Assembly: GCF_963921235.1 (NCBI RefSeq)
Contig: NC_086118.1
Span: forward strand, 26,848,001 to 26,912,000
Direction: 5' to 3'
DNA from: Mobula hypostoma
Taxonomy: Eukaryota
Length of the DNA stretch: 64,000 nucleotides
The stretch's first letter is position 1; the number at the start of each line of letters is the position of its first letter. Made by a program: the position numbers and the translations under genes. Positions 50,801 through 63,790 of the stretch are shown here, one piece after another. The notes under the pieces were generated by a model that was not told the origin of the DNA, searched no databases, and saw only the letters and a list, made by a program, of their open reading frames with translations.

Positions 50801-53800
50801 GATGTGGGTTCAATTTCAACATCTGAGAAATTTGGATTGGTACATGGATAGGAGAGGTATGGAGGGCTAAAGTCTGGGTGCAAGTCGATAGGACTAGGCA
50901 GATTAATAATTCAATATGGACTAGATGGGCCAAAGGGGCTGTTTCTATGCTATAATACTCTATGACCCTAATAAAATCAGTTTGTTTTTTTTTGGTTACT
51001 GGCAAATCACACCAGGCAATAAAGATGTTCAATAGCTTTTCCATCTGTTCTTTAATTCCTTGTGATTAACTTAAATTTGTATCCAATTGCCTACATTTTA
51101 CTGACCAGTTTAAAAGATCTTGAGGCATTTCTCTGGCTACAATCATTCATAAAAATAAAATCATTTATTGGGCTATCCCTTAAACGGTTTTACTACAGGG
51201 AAAAAAGGCCTGTAGTAAAAACTTTAAGTTTATTCCTTTACTTCAGTAACACCACAAATATTCACCATCCACTTTTGTATTTATTTTCTAAATAAGAACT
51301 GAAGAGAGATAAATTTTAAAATCACTATTTCCTGGAAGAGTCTAAATCCTGCATATTTGATAGTGCCCTTGAAATACACAATGACAAAGTTGTTACCTTA
51401 GAAAATCAATTCTTAAACTTTTGCATCCAAGAGACCGTTTCACATATTCCTCTTCCTTTAGAGAGAACACACCTATTTTAGAACACAATAGATTTTCAGA
51501 ATTAGGGGAAAATAAAAGTTTTATTCCCAATGTAGAGTATAAAGGCATCATTCCAGTTAAAACAACTTTAAAATTTTGTGACTGGCTTTATTGATTTTAG
51601 TAGAACAGTAATCTCCACTGTGAATCTACTCAAAAGTGGAGATGAATTTTGGTTGTCAGTAAATCTGTTTCTCAATGAAGGTAATTTTGAGATAAAGAAA
51701 ATTATACTACATTTCTTCCAGATCTTGTACAATTGGGCTTGTTACTATTTAAACTGATAAACCAAAAATGTTATGGCAAAAGCATTTATTTGCATTATAA
51801 TAAAAAAAGGATTAAGCGCAGTATCAGAGTATTGATGCAGCAAGTTAGGTACATTTCACCTCCTGCATGTGATTTCACTTGAGTTTTCAGTCTCATTGGA
51901 CTTATGGAAAGAATATTGAGGATAACAATGGCACATACATTCATCGGGACTGTACTCAAAGGACAACCACACTGTTTATTCATAGAAACAGCACCGACCA
52001 AACAAAAAGATTTAGGTTGTGTTTGTGGTTCTGAGTAATTACGTGCTTTTGTTTGAATGCTAACAGAGAGAAAATAAACACATTCAGTTAAAAAAAACAC
52101 TTCAGAAACCATTTATCCAAGTGAAAAATATCTTTACTGATCACAATGGAAAGACAACCTAAACTTTGATGGGGAGGCTGTTCAGTATAAACCTTAGTGA
52201 GAAGTAGTATTAACCTTAAAAGTAAATGCTGTTTGTGATACTTATTTTGCTGCTGTAGCCCATCCACTTCAAGGTTTGACATGTGTAATGCATTCTTCAG
52301 CATTCTTTAGAGTTATAACACGTCATTATTTGAGCTACTATTGCCTCTCAGTCAGCTTCAATTAGTCTGACCATTCTCTCAATAACAAGGATTTTTGCCC
52401 ACAGAATTGCTGCTCCTGATGTTTTTATTTGTGCTTTTTTTTTACTGTTCTGTGTGAAAATCCCAGAAGATAAGCAGTTTGAGATTCTCAAACCACCCTG
52501 TCTAGCAGCAACAATCATTCCATGGTCAGTCACTTAATCGCATTTCTTCCCCATTCTGAAGTTTGATCTAAGCAACTGAACCTCTTGACTGTGTCTGCTG
52601 TTTTTTTATGCACTGAGCTGCTGCCACAAGATTGGCCGTTTAGATGTTTGCATTAGTGAGCTGGTATACAGGTGTACCTAATAAAGTCACCACTGAGTGC
52701 TTTTTTAAGCAATGCTCCTACCCTCTGGTTGCTTTATGTCTGTTGAAGAAGTGATCATCTTACCAATTCTAGATTGTAAATATCCAACAAACATTACTAT
52801 AGAAATTGCTATTCCTTTATCTCAGTTCCACTGGCTCCACTGCATCTGTTTCCAGGATGAGGGTTTCCTTTCCAGAATATCAGAGGTGTCCTCCTCCTTC
52901 AAAGAAAGGGATTTTCCTTCCTCTAATAATTCTTTGCAACTTTCGCCATCTTCAACGGGATCCTACCACCAAACACATCTTTACATCTCCCCCCACCCCA
53001 CCATCCCAACTCTCTGCAGGGATTGTGCTCTCCATAATTCCCTCCACTTGTCCTTCCTCACTCACCACTCTCCTGGTGTTTATCCCTGCCACTCTCAGGC
53101 TGGAAGAGAAATACGTCATATTCTGTCTGGGTGGCCTCCAACCTGACAGCCTGAACGTAGATTTCTTTAACTTCCAGTAATTTCTTCCTCTTCGCTCTTT
53201 TTCCATTCCCTATTCTGGCTCCCCTCTTACACCTTTTCATCTCCTCACCTGCCTATCATCTCCCACTAGTGATGCTCCTCCTTCCCTTTGTCCCGTGGTT
53301 AACTCTCCTTTCTTAATCAGATTCCTCCTTCTTCCGCTCTTTACCTTTTCCACCAATCACCTCCCAGCTTCTCACTTCACTCCCCCACTCACCTACTTTT
53401 CCCTTCAGCTGGCTTCACTTATCACCTCCCAGTTTGTACTTCTTCCCTTCCACCCTCACTTTCTTATTTTGACTTCTTCCTCTTCCTTTCCAGTCCTAAT
53501 GAAGGGTCTTGGCCCAAAACGCTGACTTTCCTATTCCTTTCCTTAGATGCTGCCTGACCTGTGTTCCTCCAGCATTTTGTGTGTGTTACTCTGAATTTCC
53601 AGCACCTGTAGAATCTCTTGTGTTTATAAATTTACTAATACTTTAGAAATTACTCATATAATGTGTAAAACTCTCCAAGGCAATGGATCAGACAGTGATG
53701 TCTTCATAATACAAAATCATTAGGTATTTAAACACTAATACATATTTTTAGGGCTTACCATGTCTCAAGGTCTGCAGACAGACGGCCAAGGACGGAATCC

Positions 53801-56800
53801 CCACAGGCAGTAATTCACACAAAACAGAGAAATGATCATATCTTTCAAAACAAGATAAAAGACAAACAGAAAAATCATTAATGTTTACACTATTTGACTT
53901 TATCCAGTTTGTATAAATATTGTTTTGAGATATATTGCAACACATTTGGATGCTATTAAGAATCTCCAACTGGAAATGGGTTAAGTTGTCATTAAACTGA
54001 ATAAGTAAGTAGATTGAAGAAAAACTATGGTTTATACAATAATGTTTTTCAATTCAGAGGAAACTTAACAACTTTCACAGATTTGTTATTAAGGATGAGG
54101 AAAATGAAGCAAGGCAATAATAGTCGATTTAAACACAAAATAATATATATAAATATATCTCAAAAAATAATATAAATATATTAATATATAATAATATATA
54201 AATAATACATCTCAATAGTTGAAGAAGGCTGTTAGACAAATGAAACTGACAATAAAACAGCCAGAAAGATTTCAACACATTTGATAATGGTACAAACACT
54301 GCAAAAATCAGAGTCCTTGCATACCTCTGCCAACCAGTGAGTGCTATCCCCTGTAAATGAATGGAGTTCCTTGGCAGAGTCTCAGCTACATTCAGCCACT
54401 GCAGGTGGTTAGCTAAGTGATAGCTAATTGACGTTAGACATTGAGCTGCACCTGTAGCTCCTTTAAAAGCACTTGCAAACCATATCTGAGAGAATCCCAT
54501 TCCCTGATACTTTTGTATTTGAAGTACTGTGAAATAAAACAATATCACATTATGAAACATAATCTGGCCTATTCTGCTTAATACAAACACTTACATTTCA
54601 GTTTACCACAAATGCAAAATAACGTATGTTTTCGGCCTTGTTGTGGGCAGCAAAACAGATTTACTTTTAGTGACATATTGATTAACATTATTGTACATTT
54701 TTTGAAGTTATACATTGGCTGAACTTTTCACAACAAAAACTTACCATTTCCAATATGAGAATAAGTTTTAAAATGCACCAAAGAATGCATGTGTTGTTAA
54801 TTAAATCAAAATAGCAACTGCAATCTGCAATCATGGAACTGCAGAAATTTCTCCATCTTACTGGTAGAGAAAATTTGATTAGCTTTGCAGTACTCTTCAT
54901 GAAGGTCTTTTAATAATGAACACAGTAGCACATGAAATAAACATCATCATTCTGATAAAGGATGATGCCATTCCTTGTACAAAAGAGATTTAAAGGGACA
55001 TTTTATTTTAATTTCCTTGCTACAATATTTCTCTTTTTGGGCTGTAACACGGAATGAATTTACACCTTTTCAGAGTACATGGTTTCAAATCTGAACCACT
55101 TCTGCCACTCAATTCATCTTACATCTTTCACAAAATTATGAATATTGAAAATTTTCTAAATAATTTAACTTACACATTTTATGCACATCAAGGTCAGCAT
55201 TATATACCCAGATCATTGGTTCAACCAGCTGATCTAACATAGATTCTAATAGGAGATAAAAGAAAAGCAGATTATTTAATACATAAATCAAATGGCGAAG
55301 ACAAAATAACTTCCAAAAAATCTAAATAAAGAATACAAACTTTCCTTAATTTATTATAAAAGGCCAAAATAAATATAAACTTCTAGTTTAATTTTCAATT
55401 CATTTGTATTTTAATTCTTTATAGATGCTAATTAAAAACTTGCTGACGTGATCATCCCTTTATCAATATTATTGTTCAATTAGAGCATAAATTCTCAAGG
55501 AAAATGTTAGGGTCAATTAAAATGAACAGGTTAATATTAGTTCTCTGAAAAACTATCCACTAATTATAGCAATAAATAGCAAATATGTTTAATAACATTC
55601 ACTTCATGATTATTTAGGGGATAATATTAAGTATTGAAATATGGATAATTCAAATTATAAAAATATTCTTTTTTAGAATAACCTAAAGATTACCGCTGGC
55701 AACAAACCTTTTCCAAGTCCAAGACAAATAACTAGCATATTAATTTAACTTTTATTTCAATGTTAATTTCAAGTATGAATAAACCAAATGAACACAACCA
55801 TGAGACTGAAAAAATCTTCTGATTTATGCTTATTTATGTATTAAAAATGACTGTACTCTTTGATAATTCTGTTACAATAACCTGCCACTGGATAATCCAA
55901 TTAAATACCACAAAATGTAAAAGCAAAAGAAAACTCATAAAATAAGGACACATAAGTATTATGCATTACTGGTACTACATTAGGCCAAAATCCACATTTA
56001 CCTTCGGAATTTATATACAGTCGAAATACTGAGTTATACAATTAATGCAGAAGCCTGTTTATCAAATCAGCAATACTCAGATGCCCCTTAGCATTAACAA
56101 GAAACAAGAGGTTATGGGATGAAAGTACAAAAATGATTAAAAATCAAAAGCAGTAAAGAAAACATTGGATGATGATCAAACAGTATGCGGATGAGCAAAA
56201 GCACTATGCTGAAACAGAGACCTGCTGAACAAGCCAATAAAACTAAATGTGTATTTTTTATACATTTACCTCCAAACAACCAGTGACAAAACCAGTAATA
56301 CCTTTAAGTTTATCTGTACTGATATTTCGGAGCATATCGTCCCAAATTATAGGTTTCACACTTGAGTGAGTAGCAATAATGTAGCTTGCAACTGCTTTCA
56401 CATGAGACGTGAACAGACTACTTTTATTTGTTTGGCCTTGCTCAATCAGTTGCTTGGATTCTTCACCTTCACCAAGGTAATAAACCTAAAGGTAATATTG
56501 CAAATTATTAATTTTCATTGCAAAACTGGCTGAACAGCTTCCAAAGAGGAAGAGTCAGAACTTGCCAATGCGTTGCTGATGTAAGTTCATCTTTTCTACG
56601 TCTATATACTTGAATTTTGATCACACCAGAGAAAAAAGTAATTTATCCCACTGAGTTTACTTCAGAGTAATTCCATCAGCCCCATCCCTCTACTTGTTTC
56701 TCTGTAATCTACCAACCTGCATTCCTCTACCAGCCACCCAGGAGTGGTAATTTACTGTAACTAAGTACTCTACCAACAAGCACATCTTTGGGACTATGTA

Positions 56801-59800
56801 GGAAACAAGACGACTCACAGTTCCACACAGACAATGCATGTGTCAGGGTCACACCCACGATATTTGAGTTGGGCAACAGCAGCACTAACTGCTGTGTCGC
56901 TTATTTGCCTGAAATCCAGTGCCCTTGGCATTCAAAGCAATATATCAAACATTAATGAAACTTAAAAAACAGAATGAGGATTACGAAAGACTTTATTTAA
57001 ACCTTTCAAGAGTCAAAATCCATTTAACCAAGTTCAATTAATTAAATAAAATACCCTATACTCATGTAACATGCTGTAAAATTTCACTGCTAATGTAATG
57101 ATTTCCTTGCAGCAACAATATTTGGGTTATGACTAGAGATAATGGGGGCTTGGGAATGTGTGCCATCCAATGAGAGGCATGTTGTTCTTTCTTGTGGGTT
57201 TGAGAGAAGGGATTTCGCGGTCTTTTGTCGGGGAGAGATGGAGGGAGAAGACACAAGTGGAGACAGTTGGTAGACCACTGGGTGGAGTAGACTTGGAGCG
57301 AGGGTCCGTGACGCTTGGAGGAGGTTGATGGGGAACGAACAAATGGAAACATGAGCTTCAATGTGCACATTAGACTGTTTCATGTGAATGGGCCCTTTTC
57401 TTTTTTTTTGTTTCTTTACTAACCTATAGTTAAATTAAGAATTCTAAAGCGCGATCGTTTAATTACATATTGTATACTGTTTGTTATTTCGTGGTACTGA
57501 TTTGTAACAGGGGAACATATCACGCAGCATCCACCCAAACAAGATTTCTCAAGTTTGGCTGGGCTGGAGGCTGTCTTCCCCTAGATTAAGCCGGTAGCCG
57601 AACCCGAAGGTTACACTTAATTCTGGTCTTTTGCAGCTAGTCAGTGAACAGCTAACCTATTGTAAGTGTTGGTGAACTAAATCAAGTTAATGTTAAGCCT
57701 GTTGGATTCACTATGGAGTCCCAAGATTACTGTGCAGGCAGAAAATGTTTGGCATTGAGTGGTCTGTAGTTTGGGAACTTCTAGGTTCATATAATAATCC
57801 CAAATTTAGTAAAAAATATGTGGAGAAATGCAGACAGCTGCTAGGAAGTTCCAGTCAGCCAGGTTTACAAATTAAACATTAAGCATTGTACATAATCTGT
57901 ACGTCACGAAACGGAGTACAGGATGGAGGGCCCAGTGGCAAGACAACAAATTTTTTGCTCAACATCAACAAAATGAAGGAGCTGGCCAGAAAATGCAGTG
58001 GAGTACACAGCCTTCTCGGTATTAATGGTGCAAAGGTGGAGACGGTTGAGGGGTTTCAAGTACGTAGACACAAATATTCTCCAAAATTTCCCCTGGACAA
58101 ACCACATGGATGCTACAGCCAAGACAGCACACCAGCACCTTTACTGGAGGATAAGAGGTGACTTAGTAGAGGTGTACAAGCTGATAAGAGTGGAGAGTCA
58201 ATGCCTTTTTCCCTGGGTGGCAATGGCTAATAGGTGAGGATATTCTTTTAAGGCAAATGGAAGAAAGTTTAGGGGAAATATTAGTGGTGTTTTTATTTAA
58301 CACAGGGAAGTAAGTGCCTGAAATGCACTGTACTGGGGGTAGTGAGCCCCACCTCTGTTGATCCTGTCTAAACATCTTGACGCTCTGCACAAACAACAAT
58401 TAACATAATCAGGGGATCTTTTCACCTTTCTCATCAGGCAGAAGATACAAAAGCTTGAAAGCATATACCATTAGAGACTCAGGGTATGTCCACACTACGC
58501 CGGATAATTTTGAAAACGAAGCTTTTTCTCTGTCCACACTGAAACGGCGTTTTCATCCCCCGAAAACAGAGATTTTCAGAAACGATCTCCAGAGTGAATA
58601 AATCTGAAAATACCTAATATCCATTGTAGTGTAACGGGGTAACTGGAGAGATTTAAAAACGCTGTCATGTCAACACCACAACAACAATACTTTTTCTGCT
58701 TCTGCTTGGTACTGTGTAAGCTGTTATAATGCGCAGTCGGTGTGAACGGCGTGAGAGTTAAATTGAGAGGTGAGCTTTTTTGACTATTTAAAAACGCTGT
58801 CATTATGTGCTGGAACAGATGGCCGCAGCGCGGCATTTCGTCGTTTTCTTGAACGCAACCACCTAACAATTTCAGAACAGATGGCAACGAGACTGAAGCC
58901 AGAAGAGTTAGAAATGTACTCACCAAATACTTTGACTTATAGCTTACTGAATAAATGTACACTCACTTTGCCCTGTTTTCTGTCCTTGCTTGTATGAAGG
59001 TGGTTCACCTATTTATACAAGTACTTCTCTGACAATAGACCTGTAACAGCCTAATGTAACATTGTATGGAAATACAAGATAACACTGATGCAGACGTTTT
59101 ATACATTTAACAAGGTACTTTATTAATGCAACAGAGTTAGTCAGTTTTTCAATGTTCGTCATCAGCTGGGTCATACTGTCTGTGAACTCCCTGTTGGTTG
59201 CCTCCATACGCTCCAGTATTGGTCTTTTTTTAGTTTTAAGTCCTCCTGAGTGAGAACCAAGAGCAAGTACTTTTAAGTTTTTCTACTCTGTAACTGGACG
59301 AACGCGCACCAAGTATACCGTTTCCTCTTCGCTTGTTTTCTGTGTGTCCTGCGCATGCCCAGTAGGAGGAGATTCACCCAAATATCCGTCTAATGTGGAC
59401 GGAGATATTTTGAAAAACGCTTAGTGTGTACGCCTGTCGTTTTTACTCGAAACCGGCGTTTTCAAAATTATCCGGCGTAGTGTGGACGTAGCCTAAGTCA
59501 ATATTTACCCCACTGTTAGCAGAGCCTTACAGTGTTCCAATTTACTTTGTTGTCGCCCTTACAGTCATAGAAAACTTCAACACAGAAACAAGCCCTTTGG
59601 CCCATCTACATTATGTCAAACCATTTAAACTGCCAACTCCCATCACCCTCCATACTCCTCCCACCCATGTACCTATCCAAGCTTCTCTAAACAGCGAAAT
59701 TAATGTAACATCCAACTTCCTGTACTCAATACTGTACTTTGATTTATGGAGGCCAATGTGCCATAAGCTTTCTTTATGACTCTATCTACCTGCGATGCCA

Positions 59801-62800
59801 CTTTCAAGGAATTATGAACCTGTATTCCCAGATCCCTTTGTCCTACCGCATTCCTCAGTACCCTACGGCTTACTGTGTTAGACCTATTCTGGTTGGCCCT
59901 CCCAAAGTGCAATATCTCACATTTATCAGCATTAAATTCCACCTGCCATTTTTCCAGCTGATCCAGATCCTTCTGCAAGCTTTGAAAATCTTCCTTGCTG
60001 TCCACTACACCCCCATTCTTGATGCAATCCACATATCTGCAGATCTAGTTAACCATATTATTATCCAGATCGTTCCTATAGAAGAGAAACAACAGACTGA
60101 GCACTGATCCCTGCAGCACTCCCCTAGTCACAGGCCTCCAGTCAGAGAGGCAACCATCTACTACCACTCTCTGGCTTCTCCCACAAAGCCAATGTCTAAT
60201 TCAATTTACTACTGCATCTTGAACACCATGTGACTGAACCTTCTTGTCAAATGCCTTGCTGAAGTCCATGGACACCACATCCACTGCCTTGCCTTCATCA
60301 GCTTTGCATTTTATTCGTTAACATGCACTGCATTTTTTCTGCAAAGTACAATACTATATTCTGCATTTTTTACTTTTTTCTTCAATATAGTTAAGTATGG
60401 CATGATTCATCAGGGTGGCAAAAACAAACCTTTTGCAGTATCTAGGTGTATACGACAATAATAAGCTAAGACCATTATCATTACCTCATCTGATCCAATG
60501 TGTATCCATTTTATGTTGTTATGTATTGCCATTATCTGGTCAATCATGGATTTTACTAATTCCATAGACTCTTCTTTGTGTGGATTGAGAGTGTTAGGGA
60601 ATGCTTTCACTTCGCGAAGGTGAGCAAAAGCTTCATGTTTAAGTACAAACTGTAGGAACAAGTTCAAAAAAGAGAAGAATATCAATGCCAGTAAAACAAT
60701 AAAGAAATCATTTTAATCACTTTTTTCTCTCACAATTTATTGTATTTCTCAATGAGCAAGATCAAGCTGAAGTGACTGTCCCCACCTTGAAATTCTATTG
60801 TGAATGCTTGATAGTTTCAACTTATTTAAGCTGGATTTGGAGATTCATCCTGCTGGCCCTTGAATCCAGTGACTGAACAGCAACTGGGCTGCAGACAGGG
60901 AAGATTGGCAAGACCTGGCTAGCTTTAAAGTTCTGATGTATTTTCAGAGATGTTGAATTTAGATTATTACCAAGAGTTGAGGTAAATAATTTTCTAATAT
61001 TTAAAAATTCTAAATAAAATTAAAAACATAAAAAATTATAATTAAACATGATACAATTAAACTAAAGCAAAATAATGAAAAGGAAATTACATAGCTTCCT
61101 ATGTCCCCTATCCGTAGGCTCAGCATCCCAAATGAATGCAGGTCTGACCAGTGCACTCCCTGAAAAATAATTCTCTGGAGTTCAGCAAAAGTGCAAAGCG
61201 TCAGATACAGAGTTATGTCATTTGATAAATCTAGACTTCCTGCACTTGGAAGTATGAACCGAAATTCAAAACTTACAGACAATGAAATAGTAAATTATCA
61301 CCTTTTCACATGACCAAAAGTCCAACTACTGAATATATTAAAGATAATTCAGTATTTGAAAGTGTTTCCACAATCTCTACTTAGATGCTTTGACCAATAT
61401 TACTCTTAAATACCATTTTAAAAATACTACCATGATAAAATTAGGTGTCATTTTATAAATATTTCCTCATTTTCTTCAGGAATTTAATTCTAAATAAACA
61501 CAAGACTGATTTAAGATATATGTGTTACTATTTTCTTAAACACTTTTGTCAGTAAATTTTTTCATGCATATTTTGCAAATTTTATTAAGTTTCAAAGTAC
61601 ATTATTATCAAAGTACGTATAAATTATACAAACTTGAGAGTTTTCTGCTTACAGGCAGCCACAAAGTAAGAAACCCAAATTAACCCAATTAAAAAAAAAG
61701 ACCCACACCCAATGCACAGAGACAGAGAGGAAAAAAAACACAAATCATGCAAACAACTGTACAGGTGTCCCCCGCTTTTCGAACGTTTGCTTTACAAAAC
61801 CTCACTGTTACAAAAGACCTACATTAGTTCCCTGTTTTCGCTAACAGAAGGTGCTTGCACTGTTACGAAAAAAAATCAGTGCGCGCCCTGAGCAGCTGCT
61901 CTCCCCCGGATTTGGAACTGCATTCTTGCCGGTATTGCTTAAACACGTTGCATTGAGCAGCCATTAGCAAGATGCGTTCTAAGGTGTCGGAAAAGCCTGA
62001 AAGAGCTCGTAAGGGTGTTACACTTAGCGTAAAACTAGACATAATTAAGCGTTTTGATCGTGGTGAACGAAGTAAGGACTAAGTGAGTTTGGCTTGTGGA
62101 AGCTGACGAACATGATGTTGAAGAGATTTTGGCATCCCATGACCAAGAACTGATAGATGAAAAACTGATGCAATTGGAAGAGGAAAGGATAACAATCGAA
62201 ACCCAATTCATTAGCGAAATGAACGTGAAGCAACTGCGTGAGATTTTCACTGCAATGGTAAAGTACGACTTTAACCTTGAAAGGGTACGTAGGTTTAGGG
62301 GATATTTGCAGGATGGTTTGAGTGCTTACAAAGAACTGTATGATAGAAAAATGCGTGAGGCTCAGCAGTCAAGCAAGCCTTCCACATCAGCCCCAACAGA
62401 CGACGAACCTCGACCTTCGACGTTTAGGCGGGCAGTCATAGGAGAAGATGAGCTGCCTGCCCTAATGGAAACAGACGATGAGATGACACCCCAGTGTCCC
62501 ACCACCCCAACACCCAGGCCGTGGACAGATACCGATTCGCGGAGAATGCAGTGGTAGCCGGGAGGGACACAGCACATCTTTAAGGAAAAAAGCAGAAATA
62601 AACATGCTAATTAATTAGGTGCCGCCCAACACGTAATTGTCCGCCCAGATCAGAGGCAATGTAATCGACAATCGCCTCTGATCCGGGCCGACATTTATGT
62701 GCCGGGCAGCACCTAATTAATTAGCATGTTTATTTCAGCTTTTTTCTTAAAGATGTGCTGGATGCCTCCTGGCTACCGCTGTATCCCTGCATGCTTCATG

Positions 62801-63790
62801 GATCGGTATCGGTCGGTGGCCCAGAGGGTGGGGGCCACTGCACCACCCCAACCTGCAACGACTCAGCTTAACACCATCATCAGTGTGCTCAGCGCTGTCC
62901 CGATTCCGGTAAGTGATACTACACTGTACATACATTATTTCTACTTTATATAGGCTGTGTATTTTTATGTGTTATTTGGAATGATTTGGCAGCTTCATAG
63001 CTTAAAGGTTACTGGACAGAGTGTTATTGACAACAGTGCTTGCGTGAGATTTTCCGGCGAGAGCGCTTGCGTGAGATTTTCGCTACAGAGAACAGTACCG
63101 GCAATGATTGTGGAAAAGTATTTCTACCTTATATAGGCTGTGTATTTATCATATCATTCCTGCTTTTACTATATGTTACTGTTATTTTAGGTTTTATGTG
63201 TTATTTGGCATGATTTGGTAGGTTATTTTTGGGTCTGCCAACGCTCACAAAATTTTCCCATATAAATAAATGGTAATTGCTGCTTCGCTTTACGACATCT
63301 CGGCTTACGAACCGTTTCATAGGAACGCTGTACCTTTGGATAGCAGGGGAAACCGTATTCAGAACCAAACTGAGTCCAGAGTAGGCACATAACCTCAGTT
63401 TCAGTTCATCACAGTGCGGCAAATTGCTGTGAAGCTTGCAGACACAAAGCACAGAGGAGCCAGAGCAGTCTCACAGCCTCAGTCCCTTGGAGTGGAGTAC
63501 ACTTCACTACAGAGTGAGCGGAATCAGCCCAACCCTCACTTCTGGTCCTGACACTTTGCCTTTTCAGTCTAACTCAGTTGGTGTTTAAAATCACCCAAAC
63601 ACCAGGTCATACCCTACACTAGGACCTGGGCCCTGCTGCAGCAATACACTCTGGGCCTGTGGCCACAAATACCTTTACATTTCCTTTTGTCTCTAAACTC
63701 ACCTCCATGTGGCCGAAGGTTTGCACTAATGGAATTATTTCAAACTTCAGTGTCTTGGCCAGAACCATAAGATCTTTGATGTCTGAAGGA
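47701..63790 (-). CDS. HEXD: HEXD (hexosaminidase D, GH20), 5'-partial, last 10 exons: join(63790-63703,60649-60485,56485-56302,55245-55174,54526-54325,53841-53759,51472-51397,50202-50101,48120-48031,47875-47701)
   Basis: Translation includes [17 protein letters not shown]...[14 protein letters not shown]...IIWDDMLR...[11 protein letters not shown]...[18 protein letters not shown]...GSFPGS...GWFSNYHR...[13 protein letters not shown]. Catalytic DE pair intact; GT-AG introns, continuous phase over 1237 nt. Confidence 0.96.
48031..48120 (-). CDS. HEXD: HEXD exon ([29 protein letters not shown])
   Basis: 90 nt, TAG/GTATGA. Confidence 0.94.
48213..49020 (+). mobile_element. Non-autonomous LINE-derived element in a HEXD intron
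   Basis: GC-richer block, 5' ATGGCACCTAACGGCGAC, 3' (CCTTTGAA)n tail; family uncertain. Confidence 0.5.
49470..49549. mobile_element. 80-bp hAT-type MITE
   Basis: CAGGGGTTCCCA...TGGGAACCCTTA, 8-bp TSD TGCTAAGG/TGCTAATG. Confidence 0.7.
50101..50202 (-). CDS. HEXD: HEXD exon ([16 protein letters not shown]...SVDKLHEN)
   Basis: 102 nt, CAG/GTAAG. Confidence 0.93.
50355..50965 (+). mobile_element. CR1 LINE 3' end
   Basis: [32 protein letters not shown]; tail ACTCTATGAC. Confidence 0.85.
51397..51472 (-). CDS. HEXD: HEXD exon ([25 protein letters not shown])
   Basis: 76 nt, TAG/GTAACA, phases 1-2 fit; weakly conserved sequence. Confidence 0.8.
52240..52699. mobile_element. Tc1-like non-autonomous fragment
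   Basis: Terminus GTGTACCTAATAAAGTCACCACTGAGTG resembles a Tc1-type TIR; the other end was not found. Confidence 0.5.
52805..53625 (+). mobile_element. Degenerate, internally deleted PLE 3' part
   Basis: [16 protein letters not shown] and [24 protein letters not shown] match the 23-25 kb element; decayed hammerhead 53491-53527 and full tail. Confidence 0.82.
53759..53841 (-). CDS. HEXD: HEXD exon ([27 protein letters not shown])
   Basis: 83 nt, AG/GTAAG ends. Confidence 0.95.
54325..54526 (-). CDS. HEXD: HEXD exon ([25 protein letters not shown]...LTGWQR)
   Basis: 202 nt, AG/GT ends. Confidence 0.95.
55174..55245 (-). CDS. HEXD: HEXD exon ([24 protein letters not shown])
   Basis: 72 nt, TAG acceptor, GTAAGT donor. 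Confidence 0.93.
56302..56485 (-). CDS. HEXD: HEXD exon ([11 protein letters not shown]...[16 protein letters not shown])
   Basis: 184 nt, AG/GT ends. Confidence 0.95.
57065..57615. mobile_element. Solo LTR (Gypsy-like), related to 41689-42296
   Basis: TGTAAC...GTTACA ends, flanks CTCA/CTTA, shared blocks TCTTTACTAACC, CAGCATCCAC.CAAAC, TGGAGG.TGTCTTCCC. Confidence 0.8.
58482..59493. mobile_element. Non-autonomous PIF/Harbinger-like DNA transposon
   Basis: ~37-bp TIR GG(G/C)TA(T/C)GTCCACACTACGCCGGATAATTTTGAAAACG at both ends, 3-bp flanks TCA/TAA; interrupts a Rex-like LINE remnant. Confidence 0.8.
59560..60305 (-). mobile_element. CR1 LINE remnant
   Basis: [27 protein letters not shown]...[13 protein letters not shown]. 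Confidence 0.85.
60485..60649 (-). CDS. HEXD: HEXD exon ([13 protein letters not shown]...WIHIGSDE)
   Basis: 165 nt, GH20 HIGxDE catalytic motif. Confidence 0.96.
61762..63355 (+). mobile_element. Tigger/pogo-like internally deleted DNA transposon
   Basis: TA flanks 61760-61761/63356-63357; imperfect TIR CAGGTGTCCCCCGCT / AGCAGGGGAAACCG; ATG 61972 [21 protein letters not shown] (HTH N-terminus) followed directly by C-terminal [25 protein letters not shown] domain absent. Confidence 0.82.
62492..62840. mobile_element. Palindromic hAT-Charlie-like MITE nested in the Tigger
   Basis: CAGTG...CACTG ends and imperfect inverted arms over the whole ~350 bp. Confidence 0.7.
63703..63790 (-). CDS. 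HEXD: HEXD exon ([29 protein letters not shown])
   Basis: 88 nt, CAG acceptor, GTGAGT donor. Confidence 0.94.

Noticed and set aside
52796..53655. Possible TSD around the 52.8-53.6 kb PLE
   Set aside because: The match is degenerate and partly overlaps element sequence.
62096..62557. Domesticated TIGD-like gene
   Set aside because: Lies within TIRs and TA flanks, has no DDE domain, has a stop after the HTH start, and reads into a MITE.
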